DNA of 54,541 bases from the IMG/VR virus record IMGVR_UViG_3300022602_000128, positions 1-54,541 of that record; one strand, given 5' to 3'. How positions within the stretch are numbered: position 1 is the first letter of the stretch; every line of letters begins with the position of its first letter. The DNA comes from a virus (lineage: Duplodnaviria > Caudoviricetes). A program made the position numbers and the translations under genes. Shown here piece after piece: positions 38,601 to 44,747 of the stretch. Below the pieces are notes generated by a model. That model was not told the DNA's origin and did no database searches. It saw only the letters and a list, made by a program, of their open reading frames with translations.

Positions 38601-39174
38601 TGGTTACAGAATAGTTCAAAATATGTTGGGCAATGCGGCATCGACCAATACTGCACTATGGCCCACATATTACGGAATCAGCCCCAGCCATTCTACAACA
38701 TTGGCGGCAAACCTGCACATAACAGATACGTCAATGACTGTGGTCAATGCCAGCAATTTCACAGTTCCCAATAAAGAATTCTTGGAACCTGGTGTAGTTT
38801 TTGTCAACGGCGAAAAGATTACATTCTGGACTATAGCCCAAAGTGGTGGTAATTGGGTATTGGGTCAGATCCGTAGAGCAGTTGACGGCACTGGCGCTCC
38901 ATTAGTACACGTTGCGGGATCTCCAGTAATCGAGGCGGGTTCTTATGAATTGATTCCTGGCGGAAATGCAGTGCACACCACTACATGGTTGAATTTACCG
39001 CCCGGACCATCACAGTTGATTACAGACAACTTCAATGATCAGTTAGTGGCCAACGTGGGTGGAGTATTCATTAACATGGCTACTTATGGACAAATTCCTG
39101 GTGCAGTCACTGATGGATTGGGCATAGAAGCAAGCAATACTGTAGAAGCAGTATTCATCAAGAATTTAACATAA
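26653..39174 (+). CDS. Giant (4173 aa) baseplate wedge/tail structural protein, gp7-like position
   Basis: Uninterrupted 12.5-kb ORF after gp6. Contains the YINEVKPYRTSIRE motif, FG-GAP-like propeller repeats, CBM5/12-like motifs and Asn/Thr-rich beta repeats. Confidence 0.8.
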   Translation: MAQIQTVNFLPEAFRTPTNQKFLNATLDQLVTQPDLRNINAYVGRKFAPTFKSTDNYQPEPTTLRQNYQLEPSVVVKNPTTSNIDFFSSYIDIINQIEYDGGLVNNQSRLFSSENYSYDGLFDFDKFVNFTQYYWLEDGPDTVNVFGAQIPTQQTFVVTRDPSTGSYLFSTNGSVENPILRLAYGGTYTFVVNQPGYPFWIQVDPGTSGLKTNQSNLTGRDVLGVTNNGTDVGTITFSVPQPNAQDYYVRMTLAGTVNLSTTLHYNQIQGQLLSSVIASSEHGIDGVTSYNQLNLQSLIFVNNDVDDVYWTVDGVTVPVANRRNAWKMILTPVIVNNVTVDYTINMSITAQAFNVAALERVFVLSGTTRSEYTYYLNNDYLTYNIYNLMPDITAPLTSLYYQDGVDSGYAGQIDLLVVTDNTLNVDIDIVGQKNYISPNGVTFTNGLLVTFDNSANPSTYAGNSYYVEGVGTAIQLLNVDTFQTPEAYAVNGISTPDYFTINRASMDLNPWTRSNRWFHIDIINATAKYNNTVPLLDQNLRAKRPIIEFEANLQLYNFGRVAKAPVDLLDFTITDARNSVELQPAGYAISGTTLTQGMRVIFANDFDPTVRNQIFVVNIVYIQSQGGNLVNLVPAEDYQVFANNNLIVLQGINKGIEYWFDGANWNQGQQKTAVNQTPMFDIIDIVNDGDYSIGDTSLYPSSSFTTTKNNLGTVVGGSPIFTYSVGTGVADPVLGFPLSYRTFNQIGDIQFTNNYDSDTFTYVSNEITQATTTQHINSSGALQQNTSLTTYNVRNAWTTNVEASKQFQIINGIYDGNTPYFQIDITANASVSVPYFKVYINSIQTTAYEVISNGTLTYVNVTASTLAAGDQVDILIYSDQVSALGYYEVPENLDYNSANANFSVMTLGQLRNHLTTMVGNSNQVVGQVPGDSNLRDIPIKAQGGSILQHASPVMYSELFLVDPDTNFLKGLNLARYEYSKFKNKIIELSTKTPNLDLTNIPALLDTLLTQINAVKNTSFAWYYSDMVPYGSNYLNTITYTVLNPALNDFEITNIFSDTTLSNLAVLVYKNNVQLVKDQDYTFDTTRSGVTITAPLSIGDIITINEYSSTDGNYIPETPTKLGLYPKFTPGIYLDTTYETPINVIQGHDGSITPAWGDYRDQLLLEFEKRIYNNIKVSYESSVFDIYEYVPGRFRTTDYTITEFTQLLTTSFLQWVGNNKVDYITNSYFDVSNPFTWNYNNFKDSIDGSPIPGYWRAIYKYFYDTDRPHTNPWEMLGFSQAPSWWNERYGAAPYTGGNLVLWGDLAKGYIWNGSDEAAYYDTRFARPDLLSIIPVDNTGALLPPSSFAVKSYNSTQASAPFRVGDQGPVETAWRRSSDYPFALQQTLALSAPGFYFGSLVDVSNYFKNTRLNQYVFADTLQRLTPSAININGTQVNGEIVRASGYPNWIAEYLRNQGIDPGTKLYGYLDNVSIQLAYKMAGFTDQSFVEVIAEQTSPTSTNNGVVIPNESYNIQLYKSTPTNTIVYSAVSIERTSTGYAVSGFDIDQPYFTIIPSIANNNSYPVTVLKATGIVYNDYQNYKVTVPYGFEFSNLQQVVDFLVSYQRYLLGSGVQFLDMDTDLGVQRDFNLSIQEFLTWAQQGWKANSVLVVSPILNKLTLVTASGVTDTILNQPNQSRILDINMNFIKYNQLSITRTNTVNGNTFTVTANNGQTLGLVKLDLVEYEHVMIFDNVDIFNDIIYVPELGNRQYRLKIVGKKTGSWTGALNPPGFVYNSPSVDSWQPGTDYAMGSLVKFKNVNYTALSDLVASSTFQANSWAQLTSSEIKTGLLPNFSYNAEKFNRFNDIDDPETLGDFNLYSDSTIGFHPRDYMTNFGIDEVTQAKFYQGFIRQKGSLNAITAFTAAGFNDITSNISLYEEWGMRVGEYGALSNNQFVELILTEGTFNGDPVTFTLLPNNGSSISGIIGVQPSQLYLTTPAYQPSIYLNRDASSNYENDIQTAGYVNINDVDTTIFDIGNYAQLSANLSSATSNFGIGQTIWCAKDTNSNWNVFRVTETNLSVTTVTYNIDNIGTVTLNGQHKFAYGDIIIIDGFDVRVNGFYQVYSIVDAYNINIVFYGQNLDQIKSANKITGLGPIYRLQSSRIQQSTDLNSITPPQGWLDNDKLWIDTDYVSGGWAVYNKSTPWSGNVSFFNPSMKLSTNNYVTSGGFGTVTAINSTGTFAAAGMPLYNNGQVAVFVSNIANGNVLTQVSNITALSNGVSKFGSSLDTAGNLLYVGDPGNGSSESGRVFVYTFDGNTSFAQTQVLMSPSTSNVGDTFGSAISVSSDKVWLYVGAPNAGNVYVYHANSTSYYTYANTISVGSSAYAQFGHSIKTSTYGHQTVVSAPYQSVNGVTAAGSVYVFDRSIESFVATGNVAFFTEYPINSNTLRVSVNGNVVTTGFTSNTSAITFTNAPVVGTVVTIDTNKIQLTEQLTAPTPSSGAAFGTTTWLAGNDADVYVASPGYSIPGYHSGIVYRFVNQGASYGTITGTNFAPNISVGDSIRINGFNVTFTGNTVANVATNINQANIAGVTAIAQPYGALTIVSNVATPYQKLVLGPGPGTALANLGLNVYANVQSFIHPATDDVNQFGSQVISSPDSTSLVISASGGSTQNITTFDNATTMFDYGSTSFVDSIEGSGMVYIYGLVNGSFTANTPDQYVLVQRLQNNSLSPNDQFGYSVAMNSNTMLVGAPGDSNNLTISTLSGAYVNLPNAGTYYTYNNFSGNVGWDIISQQQPQVDINSISRFYLYDTTTSTILTNLDYIDPAKGKILGAAAEDLDFITAYDPAVYNAVGGVDSTPNLANSLDFHWGADQVTKTWWNIDAVRYIDYEQGNLTYRANNWGSFFPGSQVQVCEWVASSMPPSAYDGLGTPLYPNNTAYVVESKINPVTNLVTSTYYYWVYGKTSLEVGSTHQNTVSTIQSIIENPQAQGIPYAAVLRDDTISLYGVNNLLSGNTTVLHADFDTLKNTNIIHSEYQLVQEGNSSSQIPTRIVNKMIDSLSGIDSVGNPVPATGLTPQSMIGLGVNPNQTLFVNRLTALENFVQYVNGVLIQYPIIEEFNITPLYESEPLPLPTTYDLEVASYADLTYVNTSGLQVGYTILVLADETENGLWSTYVWNGSIWHASIIQSYNTQMYWDKVDWYDSTYDPTVLPTYVVATTTAIAGLSLNSGDTVKVLNNGNNQFAIYRYNSDGTTDLVGIQNGTLQFSSELYSGNVAANEIRIIFKAIQNNIFVDTLLGNFNSLFFSLINYILTEQPAVDWVFKTSFISILHQLRKLAQYPSYIPDNQTYYEEYINEVKPYRTSIREYKIDYTGTDEYYGDTTDFDIPATYLANIKAYRSPNGTGVYDQYALSSLPQYNQWYNNHTYGISDVVVTNAGVGTVTTLTVSGPVVVNTGDIITQLSTGATGVVQASVSETSIINLVDVIGTFQTNVNANCYIYDGVSNLQVNAVSVSTLTEAGGYYLTPTVSVIGGGGTGANIQAVVDFTTGKIESFQVIEPGYGYTSTPTIQINGTGIGAAGYPKLSNYYFVDSLPTVTINANANVTVYAGNIITQANTGAAGTVYTSSTGNVITLIDVSGTFASNQYIFNDYANLNTTVTSTSSYTQFINQSYNTVRTFDTTLKFDRITYSSNVVAWTPSTTILANTIVSYNGQAYEAKSNVYSSAIITLNGNVSANIGNYITQSNSTANSQIISITNNNVITVSNITGTYTNRWGNIYVNGVNSNTQPIIINNLFDYTKYNQLNANSFTTAADRIFAYYQPTASMPGKDLSQLMTGITYPGVKVTGVGFNDSTSVITSNVIYAWANSNSLFSSNVSQLDFTTLGYTIGEPLVLIDSNTSSQYNLTIASITQSQIIASGITQTIPLGANVSLQYYNFNDPTYLDTAIQNTYKNTTFGSNVGDVIIDGGQYYDTYSSHAPEELVPGVTFDNLNMCVYTNMTINGASANIGYRIVQNMLGNAASTNTALWPTYYGISPSHSTTLAANLHITDTSMTVVNASNFTVPNKEFLEPGVVFVNGEKITFWTIAQSGGNWVLGQIRRAVDGTGAPLVHVAGSPVIEAGSYELIPGGNAVHTTTWLNLPPGPSQLITDNFNDQLVANVGGVFINMATYGQIPGAVTDGLGIEASNTVEAVFIKNLT

Positions 39175-39199
39175 TAAATATATAAAAGCGAGAATTTAA

Positions 39200-40018
39200 A
39201 TGACAATTACAATAACGGCGTTACCTTTACAGTCTACTTTATTAAGCACTACCTATATTCCGGTAGAGACGGCCAACGTTACAGCCCACATCACAGCACC
39301 CACAATATTAAACTATGTCTCCACCAATCAATTGACAACGATTGGTGTAACAACCGGAACATTTGGTACTGTTATAGCAGGTGCTGTAGACTCGGTTGCA
39401 TTGGTATCTAGTGGTGATACATCTGTGGGCGGAAACGTGTATGTCACTGGTAATGTAGTGGGAGTAGTGTCCACTGGCTCTCAACCCTATATAACAAATT
39501 TATCAAATGTAGCGATAGGAAATTTAGCAGTAACTGGTATCACAAATCTCAGCGGAAACGTATACCCCACAGCCAACAGTAGTATTGGAATTGGTAGTTC
39601 ATCTAGTTGGTTTGGTGCAATTTATGGTACCGCAGTTCATGCATTATACGCTGACTTGGCAGAAAGATACACCAGCGATAGCCAATATCCCCCGGGAACT
39701 GTGGTAATTTTTGGAACAGACACTGAGGTTACAGCCAGTTATCAACCCAACGACACTAGGGTAGCGGGAGTTGTTTCAACTAACCCTGCATACACAATGA
39801 ATTCTGGAATAGACGGAGTAGACGTAGCGTTGACCGGGCGAGTACCCTGTCAAGTAGTGGGCGAAGTCAAACGTGGTGACTTAATGGTGACCAGTGCAAT
39901 TCCGGGTGTGGCTATGGCCAATAATACACCTGCTATCGGTACAGTAATTGGCAAGGCTTTGGGCAATTATAACAGTGCCACTGTGGGCTTAATCGAAGTT
40001 GTAGTGGGCAGAGTATAA
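39200..40018 (+). CDS. Short tail fibre/spike protein with a C-terminal intramolecular-chaperone-like (peptidase G2-type) domain
   Basis: YADLAERY...GTVVIFG...VAGVVSTNPAY...VALTGRVPC...GDLMVTS...VIGKAL. Late box ATAAATA at 39174-39180. Confidence 0.7.
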   Translation: MTITITALPLQSTLLSTTYIPVETANVTAHITAPTILNYVSTNQLTTIGVTTGTFGTVIAGAVDSVALVSSGDTSVGGNVYVTGNVVGVVSTGSQPYITNLSNVAIGNLAVTGITNLSGNVYPTANSSIGIGSSSSWFGAIYGTAVHALYADLAERYTSDSQYPPGTVVIFGTDTEVTASYQPNDTRVAGVVSTNPAYTMNSGIDGVDVALTGRVPCQVVGEVKRGDLMVTSAIPGVAMANNTPAIGTVIGKALGNYNSATVGLIEVVVGRV

Positions 40019-40049
40019 AGTAATAAATATAAAGATAGAGTAAACAAAT

Positions 40050-40691
40050 ATGAACACACAAAGAAAACCAGACGAATTAAGCGGAATTTATGTCCGCGGG
40101 CATATCAAAATTTATGATCCAATATCTGGGCACATCTATCAGGATAAAAGCAATGCCATTCATTATGAGAATATCAGTACGGCATTGGCATACTGCTTGG
40201 GCAATAAAGAACAGAATTTTATATATGAAATGCATTTTGGAAACGGCGGATCATCAGTGGATCCCACTGGTGTTATTACCTATTTGCCCCCAAATACTAC
40301 AGGACAAAACAGTAACCTTTACAACGCCACGTATAGCAAAGTAGTAGACGATACTTCTGCAGCCAATACGAATCCCGCACAAAACTTTATCCAAATTCGT
40401 CACATTCCCGGACAAATTTACACAGATATTCTAGTAAGTTGTTTGCTAGACTACGGTGAACCTGCAGGGCAAAGCGCATTTGACAACAGTCAAACACTAA
40501 CAGACACATATACATTTGATGAATTGGGCTTATTTGGAAGAAGCACTGATGGTACTAGTGGGTTGACTTCTACCGGTCCTCTACTTACACACGTGGTATT
40601 TCACCCGGTACAAAAATCGCTGAACAGACTTATTCAAATTGACTATACAGTTCGTATTCAAACTTTAACAAACTTAACTAGCCAAGGATAA
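40050..40691 (+). CDS. Putative baseplate/fibre-attachment structural protein
   Basis: GHIKIYDP...NAIH, FDELGL and LLTHVVFHPVQKSLNR...YTVRI pattern. Late box at 40023-40029. Call rests mainly on gene position. Confidence 0.6.
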   Translation: MNTQRKPDELSGIYVRGHIKIYDPISGHIYQDKSNAIHYENISTALAYCLGNKEQNFIYEMHFGNGGSSVDPTGVITYLPPNTTGQNSNLYNATYSKVVDDTSAANTNPAQNFIQIRHIPGQIYTDILVSCLLDYGEPAGQSAFDNSQTLTDTYTFDELGLFGRSTDGTSGLTSTGPLLTHVVFHPVQKSLNRLIQIDYTVRIQTLTNLTSQG

Positions 40692-40694
40692 TAG

Positions 40695-42092
40695 ATGTCA
40701 TACCTAATCAATTCCACCACAGGGCAGTTACTAATAAACATTATAGATGGCACTGCTGATGGTCCAGATATCAATCCGGGGCTAAACACCACTGACTTGG
40801 ATTTATTTGGTAAAAATTATCCCTTATTTGGTCAATATCAAAATGAAAACTTTATCAAGTTATTGCAAAACTTTGCAAACCCAAACCCGCCAACAAAACC
40901 CCTACAGGGTGAGTTGTGGTTCAATACCAATACAGGTTTTTTAAACGTTTACAACGGAACATCTTGGGTTTTGGTGAGTCCAGTTTTAGTAAGCAATGTG
41001 GCACCGGCCTCTACATCATTTGGTAGTATAAAGGGCACACAATGGTGGGATACAATCAACTATCAACTTAATTCTTGGAATGGCAGTTCATGGACTTTGG
41101 TGGGTCCGGGCTATAGCACAGTGACTGGAAAAAGTGGAGCAATATCAGAAACTGTACTGGATACAGTTGGCGGCTCACACATCATTATAAAATTTTACAG
41201 TGAAAATAATGTTATTGCAGTCAGTTCATACGATCCTACATTTACATTAAGCCCAGAAAACCCCATACCAGGGTTTAGTAGTATTGGTCCAGGTTTTACT
41301 GTGGCTACTGGCATCAGTAATGAAGTGTTATTTGTTGGCAGCGCCACTAACGCCAAGAGTTTGGGCAACGTAGCAGCCGCAAATTATGCTAGAACAGATA
41401 TTATCCCAGTATTCTCATCAAACATTGAAGTTGGTGGCGGAAATATTATCATTGATAGTGCACCCACTGGCACTTCTAGATATTACAATACTGTATTAGG
41501 CGGAAATATTAGCCTGCACTTAAATGTGGGCGGTGTTGATACCACTGCATTTAGAGTTAACGGTACCGACGGGTCAAGTCAGATTAATGGCAATTTGCTA
41601 TTAAATGGAAACTTGATTGCCTACGGAGTTACCAGCACTGGGATCACAGGTACCCAACGCCTAGTACTAAGCAACAATCCAACACTAACTGGTACACTAA
41701 CTGCTCAAACAGGCGTGTTTGGTAGTTTATCTACCACCGGCGCATTTTCAGTCAACACAAATATGTTTACTGTTACTCCGGCAACAGGCGATACTGTGAT
41801 TGCAGGAAATTTATCAGTTAACAAGCATATAACAATTGAGGGCGTTACCAGTGCAGGTGCAACTGGCACTGGTGATGTAGTGTTCAATGTGGGTCCAGCA
41901 TTGCAGGGCACACCAACTTCAACTACTCCGCCGCTTGGAGACATATCTACAAGTATCGCAACTACTGCATTTGTGAATACTGCGATTGCAACCAGCAGTC
42001 TTGGCTTGTGGCAAGGTAGCAGACAATTTGTGAGTTCATCATCCCCTTCATCCGGTCAAGGTAATGTCGGAGACTTTTGGTTCCAAATTTAA
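40695..42092 (+). CDS. Tail fibre/baseplate-anchored protein, paralogue of 44748-46292
   Basis: Shares the N-terminal GxNY...ENFIKLLxNF...P..PLxGxLW motif with 44748-46292. C-terminal IATTAFV and GDFWFQI fibre motifs. Confidence 0.75.
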   Translation: MSYLINSTTGQLLINIIDGTADGPDINPGLNTTDLDLFGKNYPLFGQYQNENFIKLLQNFANPNPPTKPLQGELWFNTNTGFLNVYNGTSWVLVSPVLVSNVAPASTSFGSIKGTQWWDTINYQLNSWNGSSWTLVGPGYSTVTGKSGAISETVLDTVGGSHIIIKFYSENNVIAVSSYDPTFTLSPENPIPGFSSIGPGFTVATGISNEVLFVGSATNAKSLGNVAAANYARTDIIPVFSSNIEVGGGNIIIDSAPTGTSRYYNTVLGGNISLHLNVGGVDTTAFRVNGTDGSSQINGNLLLNGNLIAYGVTSTGITGTQRLVLSNNPTLTGTLTAQTGVFGSLSTTGAFSVNTNMFTVTPATGDTVIAGNLSVNKHITIEGVTSAGATGTGDVVFNVGPALQGTPTSTTPPLGDISTSIATTAFVNTAIATSSLGLWQGSRQFVSSSSPSSGQGNVGDFWFQI

Positions 42093-43388
42093 ATGACATT
42101 TTTAGCCAATGGATTTACCTTTATAAAGAGTAATGTCGGATACCAAGCACTTGCAAATCTATTTTATAAGACAGATAGTGCTACATGGACTCCTGTAAAA
42201 ACAGGCTGGATTAAAAACTCCAGCGGTAACTGGGAAACTATATTCCCCACACCCAGCGGCGTCCCGACATCAAACATTAGTTCACTAACGTTTAATCCAT
42301 ACCAACATCATTCAGATGCACCCCAACGTATTGGCATAACAAACACAGGTAATTATCCGTTAGTTATTAATAGTGTTATTGTCCTTGACAGTACAAGCAA
42401 TTATCACTCTACTACTATTAATAGCCAAAATACTCCAGTAACGATACCCATAAATGGAACATTCGTATCTAATATTAGTGTGTTGGGTCAAACAGTTGGT
42501 ACTGGATTTATTGGAAATGTTACATTCATTAATTATGTTGGCTATTTGGGTTATTCTAATGTGACTATTCCAGTAACAACCAATGTACTTGCAGATTTTA
42601 ATGGCCTGGCCGTAACCCCATCTACTACAACATTGCAGTATGACGTATTAGATACTCCGACAAAAGCAAACTTTACAATCACAAACACTGGTAACGGTGA
42701 TGACTTATTAATTAACAGTATTACTAGTCAGTACGGGTATGTAACAATATCCCATGTGCCCAGCAATGTGGGATACAATTTCTCAACAATGACCGGCAAC
42801 AGCGCATCATTTACCGTTACTGCGGCCAATTTAAATGTTGGAACTTATATTGACAATATAATTATATCCAGTAACTCATCCACTAGTCAAGCCACACAGA
42901 CCAGAGGTATAACAGTCAATGTTGTAAAACCTCAAGGTACACAAGCGTTCACCACTCCAGGCACTTATACCTGGCAAGTGCCCACATCATCTACACCGGG
43001 CTATCCAGTAACTGGAAATGTCCACAGGATCAGCATTGCTGGATGGGGTGGTGGTGGATCGGGCGGCGCCGCACTATCCAATGCCACAGCACTTCAAGGT
43101 GGCGGTGGAGGCGGTGGCGGGTCAGGCGCATTCCTTACAGACAATAACCTAACTGTGACTCCGGGAGAAACATTGACCATTGTTGTTGGCGACAGCGATC
43201 AAGCAACAACAATAACTGGTAGTTTTGGTACGGTAACAATACCCAGTGGCGGATCAGGCAGTGCAGCCTACGACGATGGCGTCGCACCCTATTATTCTGG
43301 TGGTGGCGATGGTGGCGGTTCTGACTCTGGTGGCGGTTCTGACTCTGGTGGCGGCGATGGTGGCGGTGGCGATGGTGGCGGTGATTAA
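42093..43388 (+). CDS. Tail-associated protein: Ig-like domains plus the N-half of a glycine-rich domain
   Basis: Two ITNTGN-containing Ig-like repeats, then FTTPGTYTWQVP...GGGGSGG...LTVTPGETLTIVVG. Ends in a (GGG-D/S) tail. Confidence 0.75.
   Translation: MTFLANGFTFIKSNVGYQALANLFYKTDSATWTPVKTGWIKNSSGNWETIFPTPSGVPTSNISSLTFNPYQHHSDAPQRIGITNTGNYPLVINSVIVLDSTSNYHSTTINSQNTPVTIPINGTFVSNISVLGQTVGTGFIGNVTFINYVGYLGYSNVTIPVTTNVLADFNGLAVTPSTTTLQYDVLDTPTKANFTITNTGNGDDLLINSITSQYGYVTISHVPSNVGYNFSTMTGNSASFTVTAANLNVGTYIDNIIISSNSSTSQATQTRGITVNVVKPQGTQAFTTPGTYTWQVPTSSTPGYPVTGNVHRISIAGWGGGGSGGAALSNATALQGGGGGGGGSGAFLTDNNLTVTPGETLTIVVGDSDQATTITGSFGTVTIPSGGSGSAAYDDGVAPYYSGGGDGGGSDSGGGSDSGGGDGGGGDGGGD
43299..43385 (+). 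repeat. Coding Gly/Asp/Ser tandem repeat with an exact 18-bp duplication
   Basis: GGTGGCGGTTCTGACTCT twice (43311-43346) within GGGDGGGSDSGGGSDSGGGDGGGGDGGGD. Confidence 0.9.
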
Positions 43389-44349
43389 CACAAACATTAA
43401 CTCAATCAATGATTTTTTTCCGGATAATATTCTAATAAAACTTGATTTAGAATTGCAAAAATCGGGATGGAATTATGGCTGGAGATCAAACCCCACAATG
43501 GGCTACGGGCATTGGAATATTGATTTTGCTAACTGTATCATTGAAAACGGATTAGATGTTAGTGATAAACTCCCTGATGTACTTAAAGAAGCATGGGCTT
43601 ACACTCAAATAAAACATTTCCCCGATCACAGATTAATTCGTTGCTACGCCAATAGCCACACTTTTGGTGTAGAGGGATATCCGCATAGGGACTCACTTAG
43701 ACCCAACGACAAAACTGTAATAGTCTATATGAATAAACTGTGGCGTCGTGAGTGGGGCGGAGAAACTATGATATATGACGGTGACTCCATTGCTCATGCA
43801 GAATTGCCCAAACGAAACAAAGCCCTAGTCTTTACCGGCAATCAATTGCACGTGAGTCGTGGTGTGACTCGTATTTGTCCCGATCTTCGCATCAGTGTCA
43901 TGTTTAAAATAACTCCCAATTCTGCCACAGATGCTGATAGAGACAGAGTCCAAGTATTTTTAGAATCACTGGGCGCAGATAAAATAAATCACAGTAATAG
44001 AACATTGATAACACATCTACTTCGCACCTATGATATACTTAAAAACGCCGGGCAAAGTACTGATGTGTGTTTGGCGGGCGCAGTGCATTCAGTATTTGGC
44101 ACTAATATTTTTAAAACACAATTATTACCGCACCGCGATAGGAATATGGTTGTGGCAGTTGTGGGTGAAAAAGCCACGTATCTAGCAGAACAATTTTCTA
44201 AATTAGATAGGCCTGATGTTTTGGAACAAAATGCGGGCAATATTGTATACGATGACCTGTGTGTCATTGAATGTGCCAACCTAATAGATCAGAATTGTTT
44301 AGATAAATACCCAAAACTAAATGAGTTTTGGAAAAATAAAAGGAGATAA
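43381..44349 (+). CDS. 2OG-Fe(II) oxygenase (prolyl-hydroxylase-like) fused to a DUF6817/HD-like domain; start revised to GTG 43381
   Basis: HRD...H...R triad with WGGET. C-terminal HSNRTLITHL...CLAGAVHSVFGT. The extension to 43246 is the off-frame reading of the Gly repeat. Confidence 0.8.
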   Translation: MINTNINSINDFFPDNILIKLDLELQKSGWNYGWRSNPTMGYGHWNIDFANCIIENGLDVSDKLPDVLKEAWAYTQIKHFPDHRLIRCYANSHTFGVEGYPHRDSLRPNDKTVIVYMNKLWRREWGGETMIYDGDSIAHAELPKRNKALVFTGNQLHVSRGVTRICPDLRISVMFKITPNSATDADRDRVQVFLESLGADKINHSNRTLITHLLRTYDILKNAGQSTDVCLAGAVHSVFGTNIFKTQLLPHRDRNMVVAVVGEKATYLAEQFSKLDRPDVLEQNAGNIVYDDLCVIECANLIDQNCLDKYPKLNEFWKNKRR

Positions 44350-44351
44350 CT

Positions 44352-44705
44352 ATGGCAGGTGGTACAGGTGGTACAGGCGGCTCACCAAACGGAGTCGCAG
44401 GGTTGCCGGGAGCAGTAGAGCCTCAAGGCACAAACGTTCAGGCTATCGGCGGTCATGGCGGTGTTAATGAATTCAAAGTAATCGATGGTGGCACCACTTA
44501 CGGGCCCTATGGCACGGGCGGTGGGGGTGCATCTATTCTAAATTATCTAGAATGGTATACGATAACAACATACCCCAACGGAGCACAAACTGTAACCCCA
44601 GACTATGGTGTCACAGCATATCAACCCAGCGATGGTAATCCAGGGGCATTAATAATATCCTGGGGCGGCGGCAATTCGGGGCAGATCTATTCTACGAATT
44701 CCTAA
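44352..44705 (+). CDS. Small glycine-rich protein, apparently the C-half of the glycine-rich domain begun in 42093-43388
   Basis: GGTGGTGGSPNGVAG...YGTGGGG...DGNPGALIISW. Has its own AGGAG SD (44341-44345) and ATAAATA box (44303-44309). Confidence 0.7.
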   Translation: MAGGTGGTGGSPNGVAGLPGAVEPQGTNVQAIGGHGGVNEFKVIDGGTTYGPYGTGGGGASILNYLEWYTITTYPNGAQTVTPDYGVTAYQPSDGNPGALIISWGGGNSGQIYSTNS

Positions 44706-44747
44706 TCCAAATCCGCATAAATAAGTGATAAATGGGAATACAGGATA

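Noticed and set aside
43246-43380. ORF-track N-terminal extension of the oxygenase (VVAMVAVLTLVAVLTL...), which looks like a signal or membrane segment
   Set aside because: It is the off-frame reading of the GGT/GGC repeat of the upstream gene. GTG 43381, overlapping the upstream stop, is the more plausible start.
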